A stretch of 64,000 nucleotides of DNA from Octopus sinensis (taxonomy: Eukaryota): the NCBI RefSeq assembly GCF_006345805.1, contig NC_042998.1:138694001-138758000 (forward strand), read 5' to 3'. Positions 28,427 to 40,742 of this stretch are shown piece after piece; within the stretch, counting starts at the first letter, position 1; each line of letters begins with the position of its first letter. Both the position numbers and the translations under genes were made by a program. Under the pieces are notes generated by a model. It searched no databases and was not told the DNA's origin. It was given only the letters and a program-made list of their open reading frames with translations.

Positions 28427-29823
28427 CCACACATGTACGGTCTTCCTAAGATTCACAAGGATGGTATTCCATAAAGACCTATATTGAGCTGTAGAGGTTC
28501 AGCCTGTCATCCACTGAGCCGCTTCCTTGTGGATATAATCAGTCCATTAGCAGGAAAGTTAGCATCGTACGTGAAGAATTCCACCCACTTCACAGAATTG
28601 ATCAAGGATACCCCATTAAATCCAACCAGATGGTGAGTCTAGATGTCCCAACAGGTAAAGCACTATCGGTAATTCAAGAAAAACTAGTGACAGACACCCG
28701 TCTAAAAGAACGCGTTAGTATACCAATAAAAATCTTTATAGAAGTGTTGACCTTCTGTGTAGAAACTACCTACTTCAGTACGGACACTGATATATATCGA
28801 CAAGAAAATGGTTTAGCTATGGGTTCGCCATTGTCACCGATAATAGCCAATATATACATGGAATACTTTGAGAATTTGGCTTTAGGATCAACACCACTAA
28901 AACCAACCCTATGGCTGCGATATGTTGATGACACCTTTATACTCTGGCCCCACCAGGAAGATGTCCAAGTGCTGTTAGATCATGTGAACTCAATAAAGCC
29001 ATCCATACAGTCTACAATGGAAAAAGAAAAAGACAATCAGCTAGCATTCCTGGGCGTATTAATAACACGTACCAAGTATAGATTTGAGACATCCGTATAC
29101 TGCAAGATGACTTTCACTGGACGATACCTCAACTTCAACTCTCACCATCCATACAGTGTAAAGAGAGGGATTGCTCAGTGCCTAAAACATCGAGCAATGA
29201 ATATAAGTAGCGATCGTGATACCCACCACGAAGAAATGATCAAGCTCAGTAGCAATCTATTAAGCAACAAGTACCCCAAAAGCATATTCTCCACCCCAAT
29301 TACGAAGAAAAAAGAGGATAAAACCGATAAACTGTCCACAGTCTGTCTACCCTGTGTGAAAGGCCTCTCCGAAAAGATACAAAAGATATGCGGCCCATAT
29401 GACATCAGGACAGTATTCAAAAGTAATATAACACTTCGCAAATATCTCCTTTGAGTGAAACCACCAATAGAAGAGAATATGACTAAGAACTGTGTGTATA
29501 CCATCCCATGCAGCCGTGGTAAGTTATACAAAGGCGAAACATGCCGTCCTCTCAAAATAAGGGTAGAGGAGCATCGCAAAGCTGTGACACGAGGAGATAT
29601 TGATAAATCGGGTATAGCTGATCATCTATAGAAAAATGGAGACCACCTCCCCCTGTGGGATGAAGTTAAAATAATAGGCAGAAAATACCACTGGAAAATA
29701 CGAAAACGAAAAGAAGCAGCACATATGCTAGGGCACAACAACCTCCTAAGCAGACCGAGTGCAGATATGAACAGCATATGGGAACCGGTATTAAGGAAGG
29801 ATAGGAGAATATTAGATTTATAA
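28427..29823 (+). pseudogene. Penelope-like reverse transcriptase and GIY-YIG endonuclease, disrupted
   Basis: PHMYGLPKIHK, GLAMGSPLSPIIANIYME, WLRYVDDTF, LNFNSHHP; after stop 29452: CVYTIPC..LYKGET.RPLKIRVEEH. Several stops and a frameshift. Confidence 0.92.
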
Positions 29824-29859
29824 GCCCTAAAATTTAAAATTCACTCCATAATTGACCAC

Positions 29860-29926
29860 GGGCATATGGTGTAGTGGTTAAGAGCGCAGGCTACTAACCC
29901 CAAGTAGTCCAAGTTCGATTCCAAGC
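29860..29926 (+). ncRNA. tRNA-like Pol III head inside the Penelope 3' region
   Basis: A box TGGTGTAGTGG and B box GTTCGATTCC; no complete cloverleaf. Confidence 0.6.
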
Positions 29927-29994
29927 AATATAATAATAAAAACAACATCGAAAAATACCTTAGGAATGAAAACCTAGGTTCGAAATTTCCCCAA

Positions 29995-30040
29995 GACACC
30001 TGATGAAGGCTGGAGGGTATATCAGCCGAAGCGTTGTGTT
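29995..30040 (+). ncRNA. Type I minimal hammerhead-like motif (GAAA to GAAG variant)
   Basis: GACAC-CTGATGA-A-GGCTG..CAGCC-GAAG-CGTT-GTGTT. Confidence 0.55.
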
Positions 30041-30413
30041 AACAACAAATATGAGGACAAATATCCGTCAATTGTAAATAATGTGTAAGACCTTCTATTT
30101 ATAAATGTTCTGAAATCTTTCACAGCCTTGGATTTTTTTTTATTCTGTTAAATTTTTTTATATATACGCATGCTGATATATGACCTACGTTGGACTCCTC
30201 ATTCGCATAATTACCGAACCTGGAGCTTAACTATAGTCTGTCCATAGCACTTACTCAGCATTACCTGACACCTTTGGGTCTTCTTGACACCATTACCTCT
30301 CATAACCTCAATTTACATTATTCAATGTATTTTCGCCTGTCAATGAACAGTAAGGTGTGATTTGTGGGAGATTTGGCTGCTATTTATAAAAGTCAAATCA
30401 CTACGGGAGACAC

Positions 30414-30670
30414 CAGGAGCACCAGCACCAGCAGCACCAGCACCAGCACCACCAGCACCACCAGCACCACCAGCACCACCAGCACCACCAGCACCAGCAC
30501 CAGCACCACCAGCACCACCACCAACACCACCACCAGCACCACCAGCACCACCACCAACACCACCACCAGCACCACCAGCACCACCACCAACACCCCCACC
30601 ACCAACACCACCAACACCCGCACCACCACCAGCACCAGCACCACCAGCACCACCAGCACCACCACCACAA
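30414..30670. repeat. (CCA/GCA)n degenerate trinucleotide array
   Basis: accagc/accacc units; generates the Pro-, Thr- and Val-rich pseudo-ORFs. Confidence 0.9.
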
Positions 30671-31305
30671 CCTTGACTTTCATCCCTTTGGGATCGATAA
30701 AATAATGTTTCAGTGAAATACTGGAGTTGATGGAATCGACTTCCCTCAAAATTGCTAGCCCTGTTTCTATATCAGGATTTGTTTTACAAACGTCAGGGAG
30801 ATGAATGATTCAGTCCCAGAACAATGAGAGACAACTCATTTTAAGGTCCTTGTTTGTAATTTAGAAACTATTACTGGGATTTTGATTAAATATATATAGA
30901 AAACGAAAGAAAATCTATCAAGTTGAAAACACTCATAAAGTTTGTACAGGAAATAGAATGCCCAATGAGTTTGTTAACAGTCATGAAGTCTATTTAGGGA
31001 AAATGTGAATAATAAGCGGTCGGTTGATAGAACCGTTAGAGTGTCGGATTGATTGCTTTTTCCGGTTATCGTTCCCGCTCATTATGTTCTGATTCAAAAT
31101 CCTGCAAGTGATTGGTGAATTAGTATCCTATACAGACTTCATGAATGTTAGCAAGCTAAAAGTTAGATTTCTTTCATTCCTTGTCTTTTTTTTGGGGAAT
31201 TGTATGAAAATCCCAGCATCAATTTCTAAATTTCATATAGGGGACTTCCATGCCCTAATGCAAGTAGGGAGAATGATTGTTAAAGCTGTATGGTAGTTAT
31301 AAATT

Positions 31306-31407
<102 letters not shown>

Positions 31408-32106
31408 TAACCGGAAAAACAATCTATCCAACACTCTAACGATTCTGTCAACCGACCGCCTAATTTTCCAACTTTTCCTAAACGGACTTTATAACTACCA
31501 GCAAACTTATTGGTCATTCTATTCCCTGTACAGACTTTGAGTTTTCAACTTGATAGATTTTCTTTCGTTTTCTATATATATATTTAATGAAAGTCCCAGT
31601 AATAGTTTCTAAATTACAAACAAGGACCTTAAAATGAGTTGTCTCTCATTGTTCTGGGATTGAGTCACTCATCTCCTTGACGTTTGTAAAACGATTTCTG
31701 ATATAGAAACAAGGCCAGCAGTTTTGAGGGAAGGAGGCTTAAACGATTCCATCAAATCCAGTATTTCGCTGAAACATTATTTTATCGATGACGAAGGGAT
31801 GAAAGGCAAGGTTGACATCAGCCGTATCTGAACTCATGCCAACTGTAAAATAAATGCCAAGCAATGCAATTATCATCGATTCAACTACCTACACACGCCT
31901 CCTCCTCAAAAGATTGACATTTCAAATCTTATTTCATTAGGTAAATCTATTTGTTCCACAATCAACAGAATTGACGAGTCAACGATGTGGTGGTGGTGAT
32001 GATGGTGACGGTGCCTCCCATAGTGATTTGATTTGTATAAATAGCAGCCAAATCTCCCTCAAATCGCACCTTACAGTTCATTGACAAGCGAAAATACATT
32101 GAATAA

Positions 32107-32888
32107 TCTCTCTATATATAAAACTGAGAATGTGTGTCAGTCTGTCTGTGTGTTTCCCTAAAACTTGAAAACTACACAACCAATTTCATTCAAATTTTAC
32201 ACATGCCTTGCTTAGGGTCCGGGGAGTGTCATCGGCAAAAATTTTAAAAAACTTTTTGCCTAGGGCGAGCGCGCAGCAATATCATATCTTCTCCACTACG
32301 ATTCCCTAAAACTTGAGAACTACACGACCAATTTCATTCAAATTTTACACCTGCCTTACTTAGGGTCCATGTAGTTTCGTGGGCAAAAAAATGTTCAACT
32401 TCTTGCTTAGGGCGAGCCCATAGCAATATCATATCTTCTCCACTATTTCAGTATTACGTGTTAAAAGTGAAACAAAAACATTTCTCTATTTTATGTCAGA
32501 TAATTTCACTTTAACATTAAAAATTAGAGATAATAATAACAATTGAATTATATGTAGTAAGTAATAATTAAAATCAAACTAAAGTATAACAAAAGTAAAA
32601 ATAGCAATTGGTATAAAATTGCATCAATGATTTGAACTTGAATAAGTGGTTTCACATGAATGGGAATAAATTAAAAATAAAATTAGCGTGGAGAAATGGA
32701 AAAGTCATACAATTCCAGTCTGTTATATATTTTCAGTATTGTTATCACTAGCGATATCAAGATATAACTTTGTATTTTGTATTTTATGTGTAGATGTATA
32801 TATATAGATGTACATGTAATATGTACACCTATACACATATATACATGCACTAGCACTATGACCCGGCAAAGACGGGTCATAATGCTAG
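32107..32888 (+). mobile_element. Non-autonomous Helitron
   Basis: 5' TC, 3' CTAG, inserted between A and T; hairpin ATGACCCG/CGGGTCAT at 32858-32880; internal ~148 bp tandem duplication (32155-32446); the empty site is preserved in the opposite palindrome arm. Confidence 0.9.
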
Positions 32889-33988
32889 TGTAAATATATT
32901 TCTCTTAAACTTAGGTCAGTCATGTTGTCTATGACTAAAAAAACTGGAGCTTAACCTGGCTTCTAAGGCATATAAGTGATTGAAATAACACTTTCTCCAC
33001 ACATCCCACCCGTGAGCGGTACCCTGGACCTTCATAGGCTTAACCTCCCAGCTATTGCAGAAACTCATTTGCAGCAGAGTGAACTGGAGTAACGTGAACT
33101 GAAGTGCTTTGCTCAAGAATGCAATGCACCGTCCGGTCCGGGAATCGAGACCAAGATCTTACAACCGCGAACGTAACATCCAGCCACTAGGCGATGCGTC
33201 TTCACGAATACCTTATAGCTGAAAAGAAAAACCTGAAAAAGAATGACAAAAGATTGATTGGATTGATGCTACAGCTTGAATGCAGTTCGATAAATGTGAA
33301 CTTGAATAAAACCGAACCACAGCAAAACAGAACTACAGCAAAACAGAACTACAGCAAAACAAATGACAATTGTTCTTACTGTAACTCGTGGGTGGAAGCC
33401 ATTATGCTAAGAGTGTCAATTGTTTTTGCAGTTCCAACACAAATAAAAATTTTAACAATATCAATGCTGCTAACAAACAGCACCACTTCTTTCAATAACA
33501 CCACTTCTGAAGACCAGAATAAAAATAGATACAATTTTATTGTTGTTTTTCAATGAGCTTAGAAAATCTCAGTTAATTGAACGGTAACCATAAGTCATAT
33601 ATAGCCATTTGGAAGTTTAGCGACATCAGTTCAATGTGATCATATCAAAATTAAGCAAAAACAAACAAAAGAAAAAAACCCCAAAATAAATGAACTGGCA
33701 GAGTTGGGTGCATCCTAACTAACACTCTCTCAACACATCCGGTTTATTGTGTTCTGAGATTAATATGCCACCAAGACCAAATTTTACCTTTCATTTCCGA
33801 GGTTAATAAAATAAGTATCCATTGAGGCCATTGATGGCCTTGTATCAAAATTTTAAACCATTAATATTTAACTATGAATTGATTACGCATTTAAAAATCC
33901 AGTTAAGTAGCTATTCATATGTTCGAGCTTGGGTTTGTGTCTTTGTGTTTGTGTTTTACTTTCTCTCTCTCATTAGCTTTGTCTCCCC

Positions 33989-34103
<115 letters not shown>

Positions 34104-34330
34104 TTAGAAGGTTGTTTGTATGGCCAGTCAGAGAGTGACCATTGGTTTCGCACCTTTGGAGTGCTTAGCTGCATAGGCAACTCGTGAGATTCGAATGGCC
34201 GAGGCATATAACCTCTCTACAACTAGAGAGAGGAAATCGTCATGGTCAGTTTAGTTTGTAAACAAAAATATTCCAGAACGAAACTCTTACTAGTGATACC
34301 TTGAGGTAAGCGGAGTTGGTCCTAATTGAC

Positions 34331-34762
34331 CAGTACTGGCTATGTCTAACACAGGCCTGCCGAAGATGTTTGACACTGGTAGCATTTACTTAGTCGACAA
34401 ATGGGGAATTCCATTTTCCCACCACCAATTTCCTCTGATGACGGCACTAACTAAAAACCTTTTTGAAATTAAAAATGACCCCGAAACGTGTGAGTTTTTT
34501 TAGGGTTCTCGCTCGTATAGCTAAGCAAAGCTTATATCGTTTGGTCCCGTTGATGTATAGCCCCAGTTATTCTAAGAGCCTCCATTAAATGAGCAAGAAT
34601 CCCCATAAAACTCACTTGACCGGGATCCTCCAAAAAGGTTTTTAGTCAGTGCCCTTAGAGGAAATTAGTGTTGGAAACATGGAATTCACCATTTGCAGAC
34701 TTGGAAAATGCTAGCAGACTCAAACATTTTCGACAGGCCCGTAGTTGACATAACCAGAACCG
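34331..34762. repeat. Diverged foldback, ~185 bp arms
   Basis: 34331-34517 aligns to the reverse complement of 34589-34762. Confidence 0.8.
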
Positions 34763-35071
34763 GTTTCGTCTACGATGGTCCTGGTCTTTTGGCATAATAA
34801 ATAAAACTATGAATTCTAACCAATATATTGAGTTTAATATCAGATAATGTTTGCACTACGTAAAATGTATTAGAAATATACTCTGGCCGAATTATTAGCA
34901 TGCTGGGCAAAATGTTTAGCGGTATTTCGTCCATTTTCACGTTCAGAGTCGATAAAATAAGTAGCAGTTGAATGCTGAAGTTGATGTAATCGATTTAACT
35001 CTTCACCCGAAATTGCTGGCCTTGTGTCAAAATTTGAGGCCAATATACTTTCAGCTCTTACATTACGATAC

Positions 35072-35102
<31 letters not shown>

Positions 35103-35191
35103 TGTATGTATGTATGTATGTATGTATGTATGTATGTATGTATGCATGCATGCATGCATGCGTGTATGTCTGTATGCATGCTTGTATGTTC

Positions 35192-35222
<31 letters not shown>

Positions 35223-35347
35223 GCCCCTATCTATCTATTTGTATGTCTGTGTGTGTATATATATATATACATATACACGCATATATTCATACACACACAT
35301 ATGTAGATACATATAACACACACACACATATGCATATATATTTTTTT

Positions 35348-35808
35348 AATGAATCTTTTCGGTTTGACCGGCAGTTTTTTAAAATAATTTCCACGTAACT
35401 AAACACTTTTAAACTTCGTATACTGGTAGAATGTGTTTATAAAACATCTTTTTCTTTTGGCTTTATTGAGAAAATTCTATAGTTTGTAAGATATTTGTTG
35501 TTTTTTATTCTTCAATTTCTGCAATTTCAACCAATCAATGACGTCTATTGAGGTGAAAACTTTCTGTGCCGTATGAATATGTCCCTCGTTTAAGAAACAG
35601 ATTGGGTTTGTTTACATTTCTGAAGAAAAAAAGATACCCTTCCCCCACCCCTAACCCTAACCCTAACTAACCCTAACCCTAACCAACCCTAACTCTAACC
35701 CTAAAACAGATTGAAATGCAATAGATCGATACTAGGGTCATAATTATGGGTGACAATTTCATATGACACCGCTAGAAAAAACTGCTGTTCAAACCGAAAA
35801 GATCCATT
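35348..35808. mobile_element. MITE with ~33 bp TIRs and internal (CCCTAA)n
   Basis: TIR aatg(a/g)atcttttcggtttga(c/a)c(g/a)gcagtttttt at both ends; telomere-like repeats at 35649-35704. Confidence 0.85.
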
Positions 35809-36058
35809 TTAATAACCGTTTGCCTCAGTTGCACATGACTTAAAGTTACGTGAGCGCGCAGGATAGTTGTTAGGATCAGGGTCCAAGCAGCTGATGAGAT
35901 GGATGTGCCCCCGAAAATTTAAGTCATGTGTAGCTAAGTGAAACTGATATTTAAAAAATTGTTTCTTTTTTTAAATCTAGCGTACAATTCTAATAATAAA
36001 ATATTTCAAAAACTAAATCGGGAATTGATGACGATAAGTAGAAAAACAGCGTTGCAAG

Positions 36059-36422
36059 GAAAATGAAATGTTTCAACAGAGTATCGAAATAGGGTCGCCA
36101 GTTTGGCTTATAGAAAGTTCATTGTTTGGTCTTTAAAGCTGACCAGAATATTTTGTAAATATTGATTTTATGGGATTCCATGGCATGAAATTTTTCTGAA
36201 TATATTTTTCCATCAGAACAATTAGTGAAAGTAATTATATGTGATTGAGGATAAGTACCAGTTGCAAATACTAAATCCAGGATATATGTTGATGCTAATT
36301 AACTAGCAACAAATTATGTCAACTTAGTCTTCTTCAAAATAATAATAACAAAAACAAAATTTTATCGCGGTTTCGAGCATGGAATTCCCTTTATGGAAGA
36401 TTTTTATTAAAAGAAAAATCCC
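36059..36422 (+). promoter_or_regulatory. Candidate immune-inducible proximal promoter motifs
   Basis: ISRE-like GAAAATGAAA 36059-36068; kappaB-like GGGATTCCA 36172-36180, TGGAATTCCC 36380-36389 (rc GGGAATTCCA) and GAAAAATCCC 36413-36422 (rc GGGATTTTTC); C/EBP-like TTGCAA. Motif match only. Confidence 0.5.
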
Positions 36423-36445
36423 AAATAAAGAGAACTTGTTTATCC

Positions 36446-36482
36446 TATATAAGGGTGAAGGGTCCAACGAAATGTATCATTC
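36446..36482 (+). promoter_or_regulatory. TATA box and initiator; predicted TSS about 36479
   Basis: TATATAAG at 36446-36453; Inr-like TCATTC at 36477-36482, with its A 31 nt after the start of TATAAG. Confidence 0.65.
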
Positions 36483-36629
36483 TGTTTGGATTTGTGCATT
36501 TAGACGTTGTGTAGTCTTTATCAGATATATCTTGATTACAAAGATAACCAATAAATTTTTGACTGTAGCAGAGACAATCCCACAGTGCTGTTTAATTAAA
36601 AAATATCATTCGAATATAAAAGACGAAAT

Positions 36630-36633
36630 ATGG
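36630..36633 (+). CDS. Putative helical cytokine, coding exon 1 (ATG G)
   Basis: ATGG|GTAAAT donor, phase 1, completes GAA with exon 2; 150 nt downstream of the predicted TSS. Least certain exon. Confidence 0.6.
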
Positions 36634-36752
36634 GTAAATATAAATTTTCCTTTCTTTCTTCCATTCATTCTTTCCTTCTTCCTTTCTTTCTTTCTTTCTT
36701 TCTCTCTCCATATATATATCACTCACTCTCTCCCCATCTCTCTCCCTCTCCT

Positions 36753-36783
<31 letters not shown>

Positions 36784-36809
36784 ACCTACCTACCTACCTA
36801 CCTACCTAC

Positions 36810-36874
<65 letters not shown>

Positions 36875-36883
36875 CATCTATCC

Positions 36884-36961
<78 letters not shown>

Positions 36962-37622
36962 TTTCATTTGTGTAGCTACAATGCTTGAATTCAATGTTAT
37001 ATTTTTAGTAAATTATTTGCAATTCAGTATATTTATTGGTCTATATACATAATCTATTAACGAGAAATGTAGTTATTGGTGTACATATATATATATATAT
37101 ATTGTTTTATAAACAGTTTCTAGCTTTGAATATTATTAATACTCTGTATAATCAAAACTAGTTTCACCTAGGCACAGTAGATAACTGCACTGGCATAATT
37201 GCAACGTTAATACATGTGCTTTCCTTTCTGTCTTTACTATTATCTATTGTTGACAACCAGTTAAACGCATTGGACAATATTATCATTGCATCACGTAAAT
37301 GAAATGAAATGGTTCTCAACTAACAGTCAATAACTACGCCGAAGACTCTACTTTTCAGAAGCTGAATTCTATCTAAACAGCATCTGCCATAAACAGAGAT
37401 TATGCTTGAAAGCCATAATTTAAGAATTTTACTGATAACGATGAAGATCAAGATGTAAGGAAGACAGATTTGATACTTGCTGACAAGTTTCAAGTATCAC
37501 CAACATTGAGTAAACATTTTTGTCTCTGGAGAAATAAGCTCATTGGATGGTAAAAAGCTATAATTCGGTTGTGTTGATGTCTGTGCTGTGATCAGATGAT
37601 TTTCGTAGTAACTGGTTTAGGA

Positions 37623-37660
<38 letters not shown>

Positions 37661-38347
37661 CGTAGGCGATGTGGTTTGGGAGAGTTTTAGCAAATTCATT
37701 TCTTCAGCAATCGCCTTCTTTGATAACAAAAATAGTGATTTTCATTTGACGCAGAACGTTCATAACATTGGAATTGATTCTAAATCCTGGCGGAATGAAT
37801 GTCAAAGAAGTTTTAAATTTGCCTCAGAATCCAGTGTAACAAATGTAACTAGCTTAAAGTTTTTCATCCGACACTTAACAGCTTTTCACAGCTCAATATT
37901 CTTCTGAAGACGAACTAAACCTTTAATTTGTTACTATTTTTCATTTCCTTTTCTCTAAAGTACGGAGCCACAGTGTGTAGCTAATCTGAAATCAGGATTA
38001 TTTTGTCCAGAAATGTATCCACTTCTGAAAAGAGAAATACTGATTTCTAACACTGGCACAAAATGACAAGTTTTGCGGGAAGGTATAATCGATGTAAATA
38101 ACTCCAGTACTTGACTGGTGTAATATTTACTCGATCGGAAAGATGTGAGGCAAATTCATCTCAGTGGGCTTTGTCCTTAGAACGTAGAGCTTCGTAGCTA
38201 AATAGTGCAAGATATTTTGTCCGTTGATTTAACAATTCTGCTTAAAATTTAAAAATATTAGCAGAATTTTCACTCCAAATTCTTGAGACAATCCCAGCAA
38301 AATCAAACAATTTTTATTTCATTGTTTATTTTCTCTTTGTATTTCAG

Positions 38348-38535
38348 AATTCTCAAAAACATTATTATACGCCATCCTAAATATTTCAAGTGTTCTCCTG
38401 GCAACATTAGCACCAGTCATAAGCACTGAGCTGGATCATAATTTGGATTCCACTGAAAGACAAGAAATTATCAACGAAATAGAAAATTTCAACGCTCAAG
38501 CCCTAACTTTGATTAGAAAAACTTATGAATTATAC
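38348..38535 (+). CDS. Putative helical cytokine, exon 2 (signal peptide and helix A)
   Basis: ttttctctttgtatttcag| acceptor and |gtaagt donor; the only open frame is FSKTLLYAILNISSVLLATLAPVISTELDHNLDSTERQEIINEIENFNAQALTLIRKTYELY. Confidence 0.85.
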
Positions 38536-39201
38536 GTAAGTTGATTTTTTTGTTAATTTATCATTATCGTATTTGATGGCATAGAAGATAATTTGTTTCA
38601 CCCCCAAGTTATCTCAAAAAACCATCATGGGTCCTGTATGTAATGTTATACCACCAAAAACAAATTTTTTCCTTGTCGCTCACCACTACAGACTAATGTT
38701 AGACAGTCCCTTCTACGTAGCTGGACTCCATAACAATAATATTTACTTAAAGATTGCTATGATACAGCAATGGTCCCTGCTATAGCTAAGGTACTTTTTA
38801 ATGTGCTACTAGATTACATGCTTTAGTGTATTAAAACTTGTTTTTCTGAATAAGCACTGCTGAAATTGTGGAGCATTTAATATGTCCATGCGTCTTTTAT
38901 GTCATCAGATGCGGTATTTTCACTATTTCTTGCTTGTCATTCGCCTTACTTCTGATATCATTTAAAAATTTTCCTCTGATTATCAAGAACAGGATTATAA
39001 AGAAATAATTTCTTTTACTGATTATATAATTCAAGGAGAATAGATATCGCAAACCCACTCTAGACTGTTGGGAGAGATGCACTTCATTTTTAAGATTCAA
39101 ATTTTGTAAGTTGCCTGTAAATAAGAAAACATCGATAAGGAAGGAGTTCTAGAGAGTTACAGTTCTTGGGAAAGAAGGATTAGAGGAAATTTTCAGTATA
39201 T

Positions 39202-39256
<55 letters not shown>

Positions 39257-39650
39257 ACACACACACACACACACACATATATATACATACATATATATAT
39301 GGGATGGAATAGACAGATGTATAACAACGCTATGTGAATTTTGTAATAAAAACGTGAACTTAAAAAATAGATATAAATACCCAGAAAAATTAATTTAATT
39401 TTCTTTAATTTTTCCCCCGTCTCTTATTACACGACTAAATAGGCTTAAACAATTGAAACCAGTAGCAGAGTTAATATTTTCTTCTTTTTATTAGGATAGT
39501 GTTCTCAAAGCATTTTTTCCTTTCAATTTTAATATAACTGTACATGTGTGAAACCTCTTAACCTTTTCAGCATACAAACATATAATATTACATAAACACA
39601 CATAAATATTACGCATTTGTATGATACATATGTAGATATATATTAAACAA

Positions 39651-39690
<40 letters not shown>

Positions 39691-39906
39691 CTACATATGT
39701 AATACACGTGACCCGTTGGCGATTTCTTCTTCTCCTCCTCCTTTGGATTTTTCCTTTTCTCCTTTCCGACAATTAATATACTTCTTGTGCACGTCCTCAC
39801 GTTCGTTAGTTTTTCTTCCTTTTTTCGTTTTTAGCCGTTTATTTGAATTGTTTGTTTATTTTGATTGACCACACACACACACACAGACACAGACACACAC
39901 ACACAC

Positions 39907-39954
<48 letters not shown>

Positions 39955-39990
39955 ATACATACATACATACATACACACAAATATATATAT

Positions 39991-40035
<45 letters not shown>

Positions 40036-40331
40036 TATTACTTGTATATGCGCGCGTGTATTTGTGTGATTTATTCTGACTCAGAATAAGCCCGATATTT
40101 TCTGTATGACAGTAACTTGTAGTCATTTAAATCGTTGACTCATGGTGTCTCGTCAATTTCGAAATGATGACAGCAAAGTTGACTCAGGATTTATTTGAAA
40201 TTAGAACGTAAAGAAACGAAACTAAACAATGCAATGAATTTAGTTTAATTTCCTCCTGTTTCTTCCAAATCCCTATTTTTAATTTCTCGAGCAAAAAAAA
40301 AAAAGAATATATATATATAGATACAGAATCT

Positions 40332-40583
40332 TTTACTTATTTCAGTAATTTGACTGCGGCTATGCTGGAGCACCTCCTTTAGTCGAACAAATCAACCCCG
40401 GGACTTATTCTTTGTAAGCCTAATACTTATTCTATCGGTCTCTTTTGCCGAACTGCTAGGTTACGGAGATGTAAACACACCAACATCGGTTGTCAAGCGA
40501 TGGCAGGGGGACAGAGACACACAAATACATACGTACATACATACATACATACATACATACATACATACACACACACACATATA

Positions 40584-40614
<31 letters not shown>

Positions 40615-40742
40615 GATGGGCTTCTTTCAGTTTCCGTCTACCAAATCCACTCACAAGGCTTAGTAGAAGACACTTGCCCAAGGTACCACGCAGTGGGACT
40701 GAACCTGGAACCATGTGGCTGGAAAGTAAGCTTCTTACGGCA
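40332..40742 (-). mobile_element. SINE family A in intron 2
   Basis: Reverse complement of the 15469-type copy. Confidence 0.85.

Larger units (their letters stand above)
27987..30159 (+). mobile_element. Penelope-like element with inverted terminal repeats
   Basis: Inverted ~70 bp ends 27987-28058/30084-30159 enclose an RT + GIY-YIG coding region and hammerhead-like motifs. Confidence 0.85.

Noticed and set aside
29860-29926. Functional tRNA gene (also the heads at 525, 27668 and its mirror near 33180)
   Set aside because: A/B boxes are present but acceptor and anticodon stems are incomplete; these are SINE-type heads.
30362-30749. Pro-rich, Thr-rich or Trp/Cys-rich protein
   Set aside because: All frames are open only because of the CCA/GCA repeat; no convincing splice sites, and the repeat is not matched in length in the duplicate arm.
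34432-34490. Hammerhead ribozyme at CTGATGA..GAAACGTG
   Set aside because: Stem II does not close properly and there is no valid NUH triplet.
35649-35704. Chromosome end or fusion site
   Set aside because: Short, degenerate, single orientation and enclosed within MITE TIRs.
36379-37052. 198-aa and 140-aa ORFs over the promoter and first intron
   Set aside because: They run through TC/TCTA microsatellites; only the ATG G at 36630 is retained, as exon 1.
37402-37460. Alternative first coding exon MLESHNLRILLITMKIK with AT|gtaagg donor
   Set aside because: Phase 2; joining to exon 2 gives a frame with a stop, and the phase-1 reading creates TAA. A non-coding role cannot be excluded.
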